From Neophaeotheca triangularis (taxonomy: Eukaryota): 64,000 nucleotides of DNA. The DNA lies in the NCBI GenBank assembly GCA_054600435.1, contig BAAIJX010000025.1:186001-250000 (forward strand), written 5' to 3'. The notes beneath the pieces were generated by a model. It was given only the letters and a program-made list of their open reading frames with translations, was not told where the DNA came from and did no database searches. A program made the position numbers and the translations under genes. The first letter of the stretch is position 1. Each line of letters begins with the position of its first letter. This document shows positions 31,509 to 43,250 of this stretch, piece after piece.

Positions 31509-33254
31509 TTAACATATCCCCCCGAACTTCATCGCTGGACCTGCTCTCCCCGCTGTCATCGTCACGGTCGCTAAGCGGCAATGGTGGTGTGATGATTGCC
31601 ACCGGTGGCGAGAGGGCGCTGGGGTTTTCGTCGTGGTGGGCGGAGGAGCCGGTCGGTATGCGAGCGCGATGGTTGCTGGGAAGGCGGCGTGTTGGGAGCG
31701 GGATTCTGGAGCGCGGCGGTTGGGGGGTTCGGGGGAGTGGGTTCCTATGGTGGAGGGGGGAGGGGGGGGGTTTGACGCGTTTGAGGTTGTGGAGGCGGGG
31801 GAGCTGGGAAATTGCCCAGGCATGGAGCTGTGGGAGGCAGGGGGCAGTTGGGGGTTGAGGTTTGAGGTAGGCTGAGTTGTTGTAGGCGGCGAGGGACTGG
31901 CGGGTACTTCTAAATGGTTCTGGGATATGCGTGTATTGCTTGCCATTGCCGTGGAAGGAGTGTCGTGCGAAGAGGTGTTGTCTGCTCCAGATGGCAGCGT
32001 TTGGTGTTCGATTCGACCATCACGGAGTAGATCAATCAGTCGACCCACCAGCTGTATCAATCTCGCTTCTTTGCGAGTAGCTACGACTAGTTCGGACAGC
32101 TCGGCCTGCTGTCCATCACGTCCTTCCTCAACTCTGGGAACAGCAGCTGGGACATCGGCAGAAGGCCCCGAGCCTGCAGGAAGCATATCCGAACGTCGAA
32201 CCAGCTGCTCGCTCACGCCCTGAGCCCCTGCCACACAAGTGCCGCCATCGAAAAGTCGACAAAACTCCGGAAACTCCGTCCTCAAAAGCGACTCCACGTC
32301 CACGCCCGGCCTGGGCAACGCTCCCCCAGCAGACCCAGCAGGCTCGAGAGACTCGCCCGTCGGTTCGCTGGCCTTATCAACAGCCGTCACATTTCCAAAC
32401 CCAAAAGCCTGCTCCAGCAGCGGATCCCGAGGCCGCGCAGACTCCAGCTCTCTCAAGGGCACAACTCTCCCGCTCCCAGCGGGAATCCGCGTGGCCGTGA
32501 AAGGCGGACCCCGAGGCGGCGCGAGATGGAGGATCCTCTTGGGCGCAACTCTTCCGCTCCCGGCCGGAATGCGTGTGGACGTCCAGGGGTTTAAGTCCCC
32601 ATCTTCCGCGCCAAACTCGCTCCGACGGCGAAGGGGTCTGGGAGCCGGTTGCCAGAGTTTCGGGGCCGCTTCTACCGCGGGTGCTAGGGATAGGAGCGGT
32701 AGTGGCGTCCAGGGGACTTCTTGTGCTGTTGAGGGCGTCCCGGAGAGAGGCGGGATCGGCGAGATAGGGCCAGCGGCACCGGGAGCCGGTCTCAGGACAG
32801 GGGTACGAGTTGGTTCGTTCCTTTCTGTCGATGCGGCGACTTGCTCGCCCAGCTCCCGAGTTTGGTCCTCCACTCGGCTGCTCCTAGCCCCTGACCAGTC
32901 GTGAGACCTGGTCTCCCATATTGGGAGACGGTGAAGCTCGTTAAGCTCTTCTTCTTCATCTTCTTCATCGTCGGCTTCGTTGCCGGAGTCGTTGTGATTT
33001 GCAACTCCCGCGACGAGGGGCTTTTCCTCGCCATGCTCTGAGGAGCCAAGTCTATCTTGGCTAGAATAGGTAATTTGATCGGTTGATAGAGTTCGAGAAG
33101 TGAAGTCCGTAGAGGGGTTCTGAAGTGTTGTGTCGTTGATTTGATTGTCCTGCGACGGATGGGAGCGTGATATTGCTTCCAAGTTATGGAAGGGGGTTTG
33201 CTTGTTGCTAGTTGGAGGCTTGCCGTCAGTGCTGGAGTCCTTGGGAGCGGACAT
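31509..33254 (-). CDS. Orphan, largely disordered Pro/Ser-rich protein (581 aa)
   Basis: Long ATG ORF in CAACA-ATG context with an acidic patch, an internal TRIPAGSGRV duplication and an SMPGQFP motif. No recognisable domain. Confidence 0.5.
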   Translation of the reverse strand: MSAPKDSSTDGKPPTSNKQTPFHNLEAISRSHPSQDNQINDTTLQNPSTDFTSRTLSTDQITYSSQDRLGSSEHGEEKPLVAGVANHNDSGNEADDEEDEEEELNELHRLPIWETRSHDWSGARSSRVEDQTRELGEQVAASTERNEPTRTPVLRPAPGAAGPISPIPPLSGTPSTAQEVPWTPLPLLSLAPAVEAAPKLWQPAPRPLRRRSEFGAEDGDLNPWTSTRIPAGSGRVAPKRILHLAPPRGPPFTATRIPAGSGRVVPLRELESARPRDPLLEQAFGFGNVTAVDKASEPTGESLEPAGSAGGALPRPGVDVESLLRTEFPEFCRLFDGGTCVAGAQGVSEQLVRRSDMLPAGSGPSADVPAAVPRVEEGRDGQQAELSELVVATRKEARLIQLVGRLIDLLRDGRIEHQTLPSGADNTSSHDTPSTAMASNTRISQNHLEVPASPSPPTTTQPTSNLNPQLPPASHSSMPGQFPSSPASTTSNASNPPPPPSTIGTHSPEPPNRRAPESRSQHAAFPATIALAYRPAPPPTTTKTPAPSRHRWQSSHHHCRLATVTMTAGRAGPAMKFGGIC

Positions 33255-34491
33255 TGTTGCTTTGCTTGATATCGATTGAAGCCGAGGAATGTGAATCGAA
33301 AGAGATCAGGTAATGTTACAGTATGGTATCGAGTACTCCGATTGTAATCTGGGGTTTCCAGTATCCGATCGTAAATATAAAGCCCAAGAGCACGGGAGTA
33401 CTTTTTGGGTTAGAGGAAGAGAGAAAGAAGAGCCCCGTTCGCCCAAGGGGCTTCTCTATATGCGATAGGCTCAGAGATCGAGTTGTGACGGGTCGTATAA
33501 GACATTGTCGTCAATAAGGATACTAGACACAAGATCTACCCTCGTGTATAGTCAGGAGACGTTGCTGTAAAGACGTAGTAATCTACGTAGAAAGAGAGTA
33601 CGAAAGCAAACTAAGTAATACAAGTGATGTACAAGAGTGGATAAGGAAGTAATAGGCACGTGAATTATAGGCAATGGACATATAGATATCTAATATTTCC
33701 TCTATAGAGCAGTCAATAACAAGTAGGAAGGGAGGCACGTACCTTTTACAACTCGAGCAACATGGTTACTCTCTACCGATTGCCTACCTGCATTTCACCT
33801 CACGTGAATGTCCTCTGTCGATCAAGGCATGACCGGACAAGGCAGGGCAAGGGCGACAGCAAGGCAAGCCAACAGAAGCAGATAATTTTCTGATCATATG
33901 GCATACGGTGCACTACCTAGGCCAATGATCGTATTTTCTCGTCAACGATGTCTGCATCTTCGCAAGCCTCTCCCTAGCTAGCCCTCTCGGGCAGCCATTG
34001 GTCGACGAATGCATAGTGCCCACCAAGACGTCAAATGATGATAGCTCGCGCCTCTCGTCTCTCGTGATGATGCTTGCAACACCCCGTCTAAGTTGCTTCT
34101 TTTGCTTGTTGCCAGTCTTTGTGCTTCATGGGGCACAAGCACACCCCCAGAGCATAGAAAGCCCCCAGTACACAGGGCTGTCAAACCCCCGAACGCCTCG
34201 CCATGCTATGCTGGAAAGCCAATAAAGGTATGATTTGAAGAGATTTCGCTTGATCAAGCGGCCATGAAGACCGGATTGAAAGGGGAGAGAACTACCCTCG
34301 TCCGTGGACGAAGGAGCCTCGAGCCCAAAAAGTGCTAGCCGGCTCAGCAATCGCCAAGGCGGCATTAGGCCTCAGTGTGATTGCCCCATTTGGCTGCATC
34401 TAAGCCGAACAATGTTAGTACAACGATGCCGATTTGATCCGCTTCGCACACCCCAACTGCCATCACTCCCGCGTCTCGACTATTGAATGTT

Positions 34492-35442
34492 TCAAGTCTT
34501 ACGGAAGTCTGAGAGCACTGGTTGGATGAGGTCGAAGGCTTGGTAGATCTCCTCGCGGACTTTGGCGCCGGTAAGCACGATCTTGCCGCTGACGAAGATG
34601 AGGAGGACGATCTTCGGCTTCATCATGCGGTAGATGAGACCAGGGAAGAGTTCTGGCTCGTAAGAGCTGAACATGTGATGCCGACTGGCCAAACCCTCAA
34701 GGCGAATTGGAAAGCGGATGTCGCAGCTGCCGACAATGTTCTGGATCTTGAAGTCCGTGAACTTTGCGTTGAAGCCGAGCTTTTGGATGATGCGAGCGTA
34801 TTTGCGGCTAGCAAGCTTGCTATCATCCTCGGATTTGGCACCGGTGACAACCATCTTGCCGGAAGCGAAGATAAGGGCGGTAGTCTTGGGTTCGCGAATG
34901 CGCATGATAACAGCGGCAAAACGCTGGTAAAATGTCAGTCGTGGACAGGAGGCAGTGAAATTGTCGGTTCTGCTTACCTTTGGGTTGTACTCTGCGTTAC
35001 GGGCGTGCAGAGCGATTGTCTTGAGGTCAAGCCTGCAGTCCAAATTGACCGTAGCGACAATGTTCCTAGGAAGCTGTCAGTACAATGTTCCGTGCATCAA
35101 GTATACCTACGCCTTCACTTACTGAAGAGTGGGGATGATGCCGCTGTTTCCCTGCCCAGCACCCGGCGTAGCAGCAGGAGTCGCGGGCGTCACCCCATTG
35201 CCTTGCTGCTGAGGAGCGGCACTGCCTCCTTGCTGCACTTGACCTTGTCCATTCGCTGCACCATTCCTGCTGTTCGCCTGCTGTTGCTGCTGCGACTGCT
35301 GCTGCGAACGTCCATCTTTTTCAGATGAGGGCGGAGTGAGGTGACCAGAGTTTCCTGAGAAGGATACCGAGGATGGCGCGATGAAGTCTTTGGCCTGCTG
35401 CGCCGTGGTGGGGTGGGTGGTGAAGGGTTGCATGGTGTCCAT
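34492..35442 (-). CDS. SPT15: TATA-binding protein; exons 35442-35123, 35065-34978, 34923-34492
   Basis: The spliced product reads [73 protein letters not shown]. Canonical 57-nt and 54-nt introns. Confidence 0.97.
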
Positions 35443-36084
35443 TATGATAGAGGACTCGTTTGCAAGTTCTGGAAGGTCTCGGTTTGAGGTATTTGTTCGA
35501 CGCTGACGTAGGTCTGGCGAAGTCGACAGTCTGAAAAGGTCGGTGTTAGAACAGAAGTTTTCGTGTCTCAAGTGAGTAGAAGTGAATGGACGACCTGTAG
35601 TGTCGCGTGTGAAGTTGAATGTGTTGGGTGAAAGTGCGGGGGTTCGCGAGCGAATGTGGGGAGGGTAAAGCGATGGGTGATGGTAATGGTGATGGTGGTG
35701 GTGGTAGTAGTAGTAGAAGCAGTAGTGTTGGTGGAAGACCGTACCAGTAAGTGGGAGATGGACAAGCAAATGTCTCCCTCACTGGCTGCTGCCGGGTGGT
35801 TAAAGTGAAGCGCAAGGCCGGTAACAGGTTGCTTGTCGCAGAGGAGGCGGGGCAATTTGCGCGGAGAGATTGAGTGAAGGCGCTGACCGGCAAAGCCTTC
35901 AAAGGGTATTATTAAGGTTGTTGCCGGTGAGGACGGAGAGGTCGACTCGAATCGGCAGTTTCGGTATGGTATGGTATGTGATGATGGAGGAAGCAGTATC
36001 CGAGTCGGCAATATGGCAGGTTGCGCGACGACGCTTGTTTGATACTGGCTGACTGGAGACGGTAAGGTGTGAGAGAGACGTTCA

Positions 36085-36542
36085 ACCAAGCCAAGCCAAG
36101 CCAAGCCAAGGTAAGGGAGGCAGGTAGGCAGGCAGGCAGGCAGGCGAGGAAAGGGGTCACGGACCAGGTAGACGAGTGTCAGGTGACCAGGCTCCCACTC
36201 AAGCTTCGCTTCGCTTCGCTTCCGCTTCTCTCTCTTGCTTCTTCTTCGACGTGAAGGTGAGGTGAGGTGGGGTGAGGTGGAAGTCGTCGACTGTTGCGCC
36301 TCACACCACCAAAGAGTGACACGTGTACCGGGCTGGGAAATAGCCGGCACGGCGGAGAAAGAAAATCAAGGTGGTGACTTTTGGGGTCGACCGCGCGCAA
36401 ACTTGCTTGGCTTGTGTCTTTGTCTTTTTTTGAGATACGGAGCAGCTACGTAAAGTGTTAATGGAAAGCGCGCAACGGGTGAGGGAGCGGCGAGAGAGAG
36501 AGAGAGAGTGTGTGTGTGTGTGTGAGAGAGAGGGAGAGAGAG
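36085..36542. repeat. Microsatellite cluster upstream of TBP: (CAAGC)n, (GGCA)n, (TCGCT)n, (GTGAG)n, (GA)n/(GT)n
   Basis: Directly visible. Confidence 0.85.
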
Positions 36543-38034
36543 ACTTGCGCGAGTGAAGCGTGTCGTTTCGGGGAAGAGGCGGACGACAACAGCAGCGGGC
36601 AGGCCAGAGAGGGGGAGGACGTGGAATCGCGCGCGCGACTTTTGGGGGGGCCCCTCGCTCTACTTGTACCTGCGAGCCCGGCCGCCAAGCCTGCGCTAGC
36701 GTCTCCTTTTCTTCCCATTTTCTCACGTTCCCGCGTCATCTCGCCCACCAACCAACTGGAACTACCTAACTTGCCCGAACCTGGAACCCGACGCTTCCAG
36801 CTTCCCGTCCAGTCCAGTCCTCATTTCGCCAGCTGGCCGTCTGGCTATCATGATGATGAATGAACCTTGCCATCACTACCCCCACCACCATCGTCAACCC
36901 ACTCTCCGCCACGCTTCTTATTTACGACAGTAATAAAACCGCTGCCTGCGAAGATGACGGTGCTATTATTTTGATGAAAATGCCGGTCAAAACTAAGAAT
37001 ACGGATGGATGGATGAACAGGACGCGCAGCCGACCCAACAGCTGGAAAGTAGGGCGCAGCGCTCAACCGGTGACTCATGCGTCCATCAATTTCCATCCCT
37101 CCAAACCCTACCTTTTCACCTAGGTAGATTCCGTCGCCGTCGCCATCGCACCAGCCAGCCGCTTGCCGTCGTTTGCCGCCATGTGGCCACCACCACCATC
37201 AACAGAACACGTCGCAAAGTTGAACACACGAAAAGACATTTGGGAAAGAGACAAGAAAGTTCAAAAGGACAGGCTGTTTGCGCAGTATGCAGGAGGCCGT
37301 GATCTGCAGGCTTCTGCAGCTGTACAACTTCAACTGCACGTTTGCGACACGTCGGGTTTGGAAAACCGACTGCTCTTGTCTGAGGCTGCGCTGCAAGGAA
37401 ATCTCTCGGTCGCTCGGTCGCGATTTCTAATCGCGATTCGGTTCATTGCAACTTTCTACAGGTAGGTGCAAATTACGGCACTCTTCACCGCTTCCGATGA
37501 AGCCGGGCAACTACGAGCCGTCGTATTTGGGGAGTGCCTGGGTAGTCTCGACAGGAGTAGATTATTGGTCTAAATGAGCGGTGAAGCGCAGCTTGCGTGT
37601 TTGAGGCCTGCGGAGGAGCGCCTGAATCATTAAGAGGAGTACGAGGAAGGTTGGACACCGTTCGGGCGCTGATTGGTTGTCAAAGCAAGACAGGCACGTC
37701 TGTATTGTTGCGGTGTTAGCGCGCTTTCAATCATGCTGCAAACATCCACATGGTGCAGCTACACACTTCGAAGATGGGTAGGACCAGCTCGTCAGGTAGG
37801 TAGGGAACAAGATCGGGACTGCAAAAACCACCACTACCAACTGTTCGTCAAGAAAAAATGCTCTCTGTAGATTGGCGTATGTACATGATATTGTTGAAAT
37901 GGACGAAACCAGTGCACGCGTTGCGCTGGTCATATACAATGAATGCGCCTCGCATGAATGCCCCGAAAAATCGCGTAATGCAAGGTATCCGACCGTCCAT
38001 CGCCCTTCCCCCCCAAAAAGAAAAACCTTCCCCT

Positions 38035-40033
38035 TCAAGTCATCACATACTTAGGCCCCTCTCCACCCTGCGGCGTGGCCCAACTAGAAAACAAAACGTT
38101 AGCTCTTCTCCCCTCAAACTTTCCAAACCCGTCCGGCTTAGTATCAGCCAAGCAGACAGAAGTAAAAAACTTACTTGATATCCTGATCGGGAATCTTAAT
38201 ATCGCACGTCTTGCAATGCACGCAATTCTGCGCATTGATATTGAACCGGACGCCATGCTCCTTGGTCTCGTCCTCGACGTACTCGTACACGCCCGCGGGG
38301 CAGAAGCGGTTCTCGATGCCCTTGTACTTGGGCCACTCCATGGCGCCGTGAGCGTCCCAGTCCTTGACTTGCAAGTGGCAGGGTTGGTCTTCCTCGTGGT
38401 TGGTGCCCGTGCGGCTGACCGAGGTCAGGATGTCGAAACTTATCTTGCCGTCGGGTTTTGGGTACTCGATCTTTGGGCAGTCGTCGGCCAGGCGCGTGTT
38501 GGCGTGGTCACCAGAGTGGTGTTTGAGGGTCCAGGGAGTTTTGCCGCGGAAGAGGTAGGCTTCGAGGCCGGAGTAGAGGATGCCGCCGTAGATGCCCAGG
38601 GGAGTGTGGAATGAGGGCCTCATGTTGCGGACTTGGTGCAGTTCTTTCCAGATGCTGCTCTTGCGGAGCTTGTCCTCGTAGTCGAAGAGGAAGACTGCCG
38701 AGTCGTTGCCTTCGGATTCGGAGAGCGCCGTGTAGGCTGCTTCGGCGGCGAGCATCCCGCTGCGCATGGCTGTGTGGGTGCCTTTGATCTTGGGGACATT
38801 GAGGAAACCCGCGGTGTCGCCGATTAGAGCGCCGCCCGGGAAGGAGCATTTGGGGATGCTTTGGTAGCCACCTTCGTTGAGTGTGCGTGCGCCGTAGGAG
38901 ATACATTTGCCGCCTTCGAGGTAGTCGCGGAAGAGAGGGTGTTGTTTCATCTTTTGGAATTCGCCATAGGGGGCTAGCCAGGGGTTGGGATAGTCCAGTC
39001 CTACTACTAGGCCTATTGACACCATATTGTCCCCGAAGTGGTACATCCACCCGCCACCGTAGGTATCTTTTGGTAAGGGGTAGCCCATGCTGTGGACCAC
39101 CAAGCCCTTTTCAAACTTCGCCGGGTCAATCTCCCACACCTCCTTGAGGCCGAGGCCGTATGTCTGAGGCGCACTATCTCGGCGAAGATCGTATTTCTTG
39201 ATAACTTGCTTGGTAAGGCTACCGTGACAGCCCTCGCCCAACAGCGTCACTCTAGCGTGGAATTCCATGCCTCGCTCGAAGTTGTCTTTGGGCCTGCCGT
39301 CGCGACCAACGCCTTGGTCGTTGGTGGCGACACCCTTGACGCATCCATCGGATGTATACAATACTTCCGAGGCCGCAAAGCCGGGGTATACCTCTACTCC
39401 CACCTCTTCTGCGCGCTCCCCTAGCCACTTTGTAAACTCGTTCAAGCTGATAATGTAGTTGCCATGATTGTTCATCTGAGGGGGCGCTGGTATCGGGATA
39501 CTGCTATTCTTGGTGAGGAAGCGCATCTTGTCCTTGGTAGCTGGGGTAACATTCTCGAATCGGTTTGGGTTGTCTTCCGAGTTCCAGTCAGGTAGCAGCT
39601 CGTTCAAAGCAGACGGCTCCACGACATTGCCAGAGACGATATGGTCTCCGAGCTCACCTGCCTTCTCCAATACCAAGACTCTGAATTCCTCGTTGCCGGC
39701 TTCGTTGGCGAGCTGCTTCAAGCGAATGGCGGCACTCAGACCAGCCGGTCCGCCACCCACGATGCAAACGTCCACCTCGTCACTCTCCCTCTCGTATTGC
39801 CTAGGATCGGTGACATCGTCTTTCACGCTTGCCTGTCTTCTCCTAGTCGTGCTGACAAAGGCTCGACGCTGGCCTGCTGTGATGGCTGCAGGACGGTATG
39901 CGTGCACTCGACATGTCGACGATAAACTCGGAATCGACGTGGCTGTTGATCGGGCTAGGGAAACATTGCTTCTGGTGGTTTGCTGCACGAGGCGTCGACG
40001 GACCAGCGTGGACGCTAGACTTGGAACGGACAT
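38035..40033 (-). CDS. CIR2: Electron transfer flavoprotein-ubiquinone oxidoreductase; exons 40033-38175, 38083-38035
   Basis: Mitochondrial presequence, DVCIVGGGPAGLSAAIRLKQL, the Fe-S motif RFCPAGVYE..NCVHCKTCDIK, and a 91-nt intron that restores DINWATPQGGEGPKY. Confidence 0.95.
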
Positions 40034-40559
40034 GACGAGGTCGAATGCAATGCAACCACACGACGGGGTGGGAAGCAAAAAGGAAAAAAAGACGAGGCGT
40101 GCGATGAGGGTGTAGTAGATAATAGGTAGCAGTTCGTAGAGCAGAGCTACAATGATAATATACTCATCCGTTCCCTCGGTAATAAAGTGAGCAGCGAGTC
40201 GGTTCATGGCACATGCGAGGGCTGCTTTAAGCCGCTGCAATCGTCTTGCTTACCCCACTCGCTGTCATTGGTTGCCCGGCATCCACTCTGCCAAGCCGAG
40301 CACGCTCCACTCCCGTGTCGGCGTCGCTCACCTTCCACTTCTCCTCCTCCGCTTGTTCACCACACCTACCCACCCTCCAACACCACCACCACCTTTGCGC
40401 CAACTTCCATCCATCCATACCTGCAGTCGCATAAGCGCTGTAGCCTCACTCTATCCTTCAACTACCACCCACTGGGGTCTTACAGTCTGCCTCCCAAGGG
40501 CAGCACTCACTCGAGGAACGCTGGCGACTCCACCCCAAGAAGGCGGCCGCGACGGCAAG

Positions 40560-42257
40560 ATGGGCGACGTGTCCAACACCAGGCTCTACCTGGGCAATCT
40601 CCCGCGCACCGGTACGCATCCCTTCCGTTGGACTCACCTTCGCCCGCCCGGCTAGCAGACAAGAGGCAAAAGCAAAAGCGCGACAAAAAACATCAACACG
40701 CCTCATGCTCTGGCTCTACTATCTTCCGTGAGGGGACAGGACATGGCCGGCGCGTAGCGCTTGTCGCATCGTCTCTTGGACTGGCCAGCGCGCTTCCACG
40801 CTTGTTCATGGCCGACCGCCACTGCTACTGCCACCTCACCTCACTGCCCTGCATATCCTTCGTGCTTTCCGTATTCCTGCTCTGTCCTTCTGTCGCGCGT
40901 CCATATGGCACTTGAAAACTACCGGAGCCCTATCTGGCCTGGCCATAGCTGACTGGATGACCGTCTAGCTACCAAGGCCGATGTTGAGAACCACTTCAAC
41001 ACTCACGGCACCGGCGAAATCACCGAAATCAAGCTCATGAACGGCTTCGGCTTTATCGAGTACAAGGATGCTCTGGATGCTCGTGATGTTGTCCCTGGTA
41101 AGTGAGGCTCATTAGGCTGAACATCGCAGGCTTACCCCACAACCTTTTGAACCAGCATTGGCTAACATATGATCCAGCTTTCCGTAAGTCTGACCCTGCT
41201 TGCTTCTGACTTTCAGGCAAACTTGGTTACGCAGACTGCCTGCTCGGGCATTGCGCCTCTTGTCTTTCTCCAATGACTATGCTGTCAGTTACTGACATTT
41301 ATCGATGGCTAGACGGATCCGAGTTCATGGGTGAACGTCTGGTTGTCCAGTTCGCACGTGGTAGCACCCGTCCCCGCGATGGCCACGACTTTCCCCCACG
41401 CATGGCTCCGCGCCCTCGCCGCACTGTGCACCGCATGACCATCACCGGCTTGGCCTTCGAGACCAGCTGGCAGGTAGGCACAAATCAAACGAATCATACT
41501 GGCATGCAGTGCGTAGCGCTAACATATCATCGACAGGACCTGAAGGACTTCGCTCGCCAGTCTGGATGCGACGTGGTCTACAGCGAGGTGGCTCGTGACC
41601 GCGATGCTACCGGTGCTGGAAAGGGGTATGGGCACACCCAAGTGATACAAGCCAGCAAGCGTACCACTGACACTCAAGTTAGCTTCGTCGAGTACGAGAC
41701 TGCCGCCGACCTGGCTACCGCTGTGGAAAAGCTCGACAACCGTGACTTCAAGAACACGACCGTTCGCTGCATCTCGGACGTGAGTTGTTTCATTCGCATG
41801 ATCTTATCGGCTCGCGCTAACTTTCCAAAAGCCCCAGACTGAAGTCCCGCGTCCCCGCGAGCGCTTCCGCTCTCGTTCCCCCGGCTACCGCGGTCGTGGC
41901 TACGGCCCACCTCCGGGCGTCGACGACTACTACGACCGCCGTGGCCCGCCTCGTGGTTACTCTCCTCGCCGTGACGACTACCGTCGCCGCACCCCTCCTC
42001 CACGCGACTACTACGACGACCCACGGGATCGCTACGGCCCCCCTCGTGGCGGCCGCCCTCCCATTGACGACTACCCACCCCCTCCACGTGCGTACGGTGG
42101 TCGCGACGACCGCTACGGAGGTCCACCACCACCTCGTGACTACCCTCCGGACCCGTACATGAACGGTCACGGAAGGGAGCCCTATGGTCGCCCCCCATCG
42201 CCGCCTCGTCGCGATAGGGGCTACGAGCGCGGTTACGATGCCCCCCGCTACTGGTGA
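40560..42257 (+). CDS. SR-family two-RRM splicing factor (Srp2/Npl3-like); exons 40560-40611, 40969-41097, 41178-41183, 41313-41473, 41537-41625, 41683-41779, 41832-42257
   Basis: Spliced product: TRLYLGNLPRTATKADVE..MNGFGFIEY..VVPAFHGSEFMGERLVVQFARG..SWQDLKDFAR..KGFVEYET, with an RS/RD/Y-P tail. All junctions are GT..AG with branch motifs. Confidence 0.88.
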
Positions 42258-43250
42258 TTACAAACTTCCTTCCTTATGTCACCTTCTCTCGTGGCTCAAG
42301 GTCTCGATACCTTGTCAGCCTCTGAAGAGCGCACACACTAAGAGAGAACCCAACAAGATCCCCAAAACCATTCTCAACCTCGTACAGCAGCACCAAGTAC
42401 CGACGAAACTTTGCGAGCATCACCTAAACATTCTATCAAGCGGGAGTCCAATTCGTAGCCCGGCTCAAGGCAATGGCACGCTACGAGGGTTTGCCCCAGC
42501 AATCGTCACCACCGTTAGCAGGGCGAGGAGCGTCTGTACGTTTGTCGACTTCTACCACTGAGGTGCGGAAACATGGGACCTCCTCGTCATCGAGGTCTAG
42601 CTACAACATCGGCGACCGCGGTCAACTCTTTTTTTCAGGCGTGTTTTTATACGCGGGTCTGGGCTGTTCACATGGTTCATGCTATGCGGGCAAGAGCGTA
42701 AGCTCAGGTTGTACTAAAGAGCGGTCTGGGTCGGTTATCTGAGGCGGTCTCTCTGCAAAGGGATCGACTGCCATGGGGCCTGAAGCTTGAGCGTTCTTGT
42801 ACATTAAAATCGTGGCGAGAAACTTCTTAATATCAAATTGTTGTTACGATTCGGATCTTGCGCTCGAAAAGGTGTTCCGAATGTGGTTCAGAATTAATGA
42901 CAGGAGGATGCGATGTGTTGAACTACCCCTGGCTCCCCTTAGAGGCGCCTGGTTTGAATGCACTCACACGTGACGGTCCCCACTTCTCGCTCTCCTCAAT
43001 TTAACATGGACCGCTTCTCACAGTTCCTACTGTCCCTCGGCGATGATCCAAAGCCTTAGGAGACATGGCAGGTGGATCACGGAGTAAGTTAATTGTATCT
43101 CGTTTGGTCCAATAAATCTCAATTCTACGAAAAGATGAGTCGTGCCACCTGTTGCGTTCGTTCGTCAAGATCCGCTCGCTGCCTGAAGTCCGTCCGAACT
43201 TCATCTCCCTAGGACCTTCACCACACAACACCGCGACCCAAATACCCAAA

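Noticed and set aside
35443..35769. His/Tyr-rich N-terminal extension of TBP
   Set aside because: TTG start, derived from (CAC/TAC)n repeats in the leader. The conserved N-terminus begins at ATG 35442.
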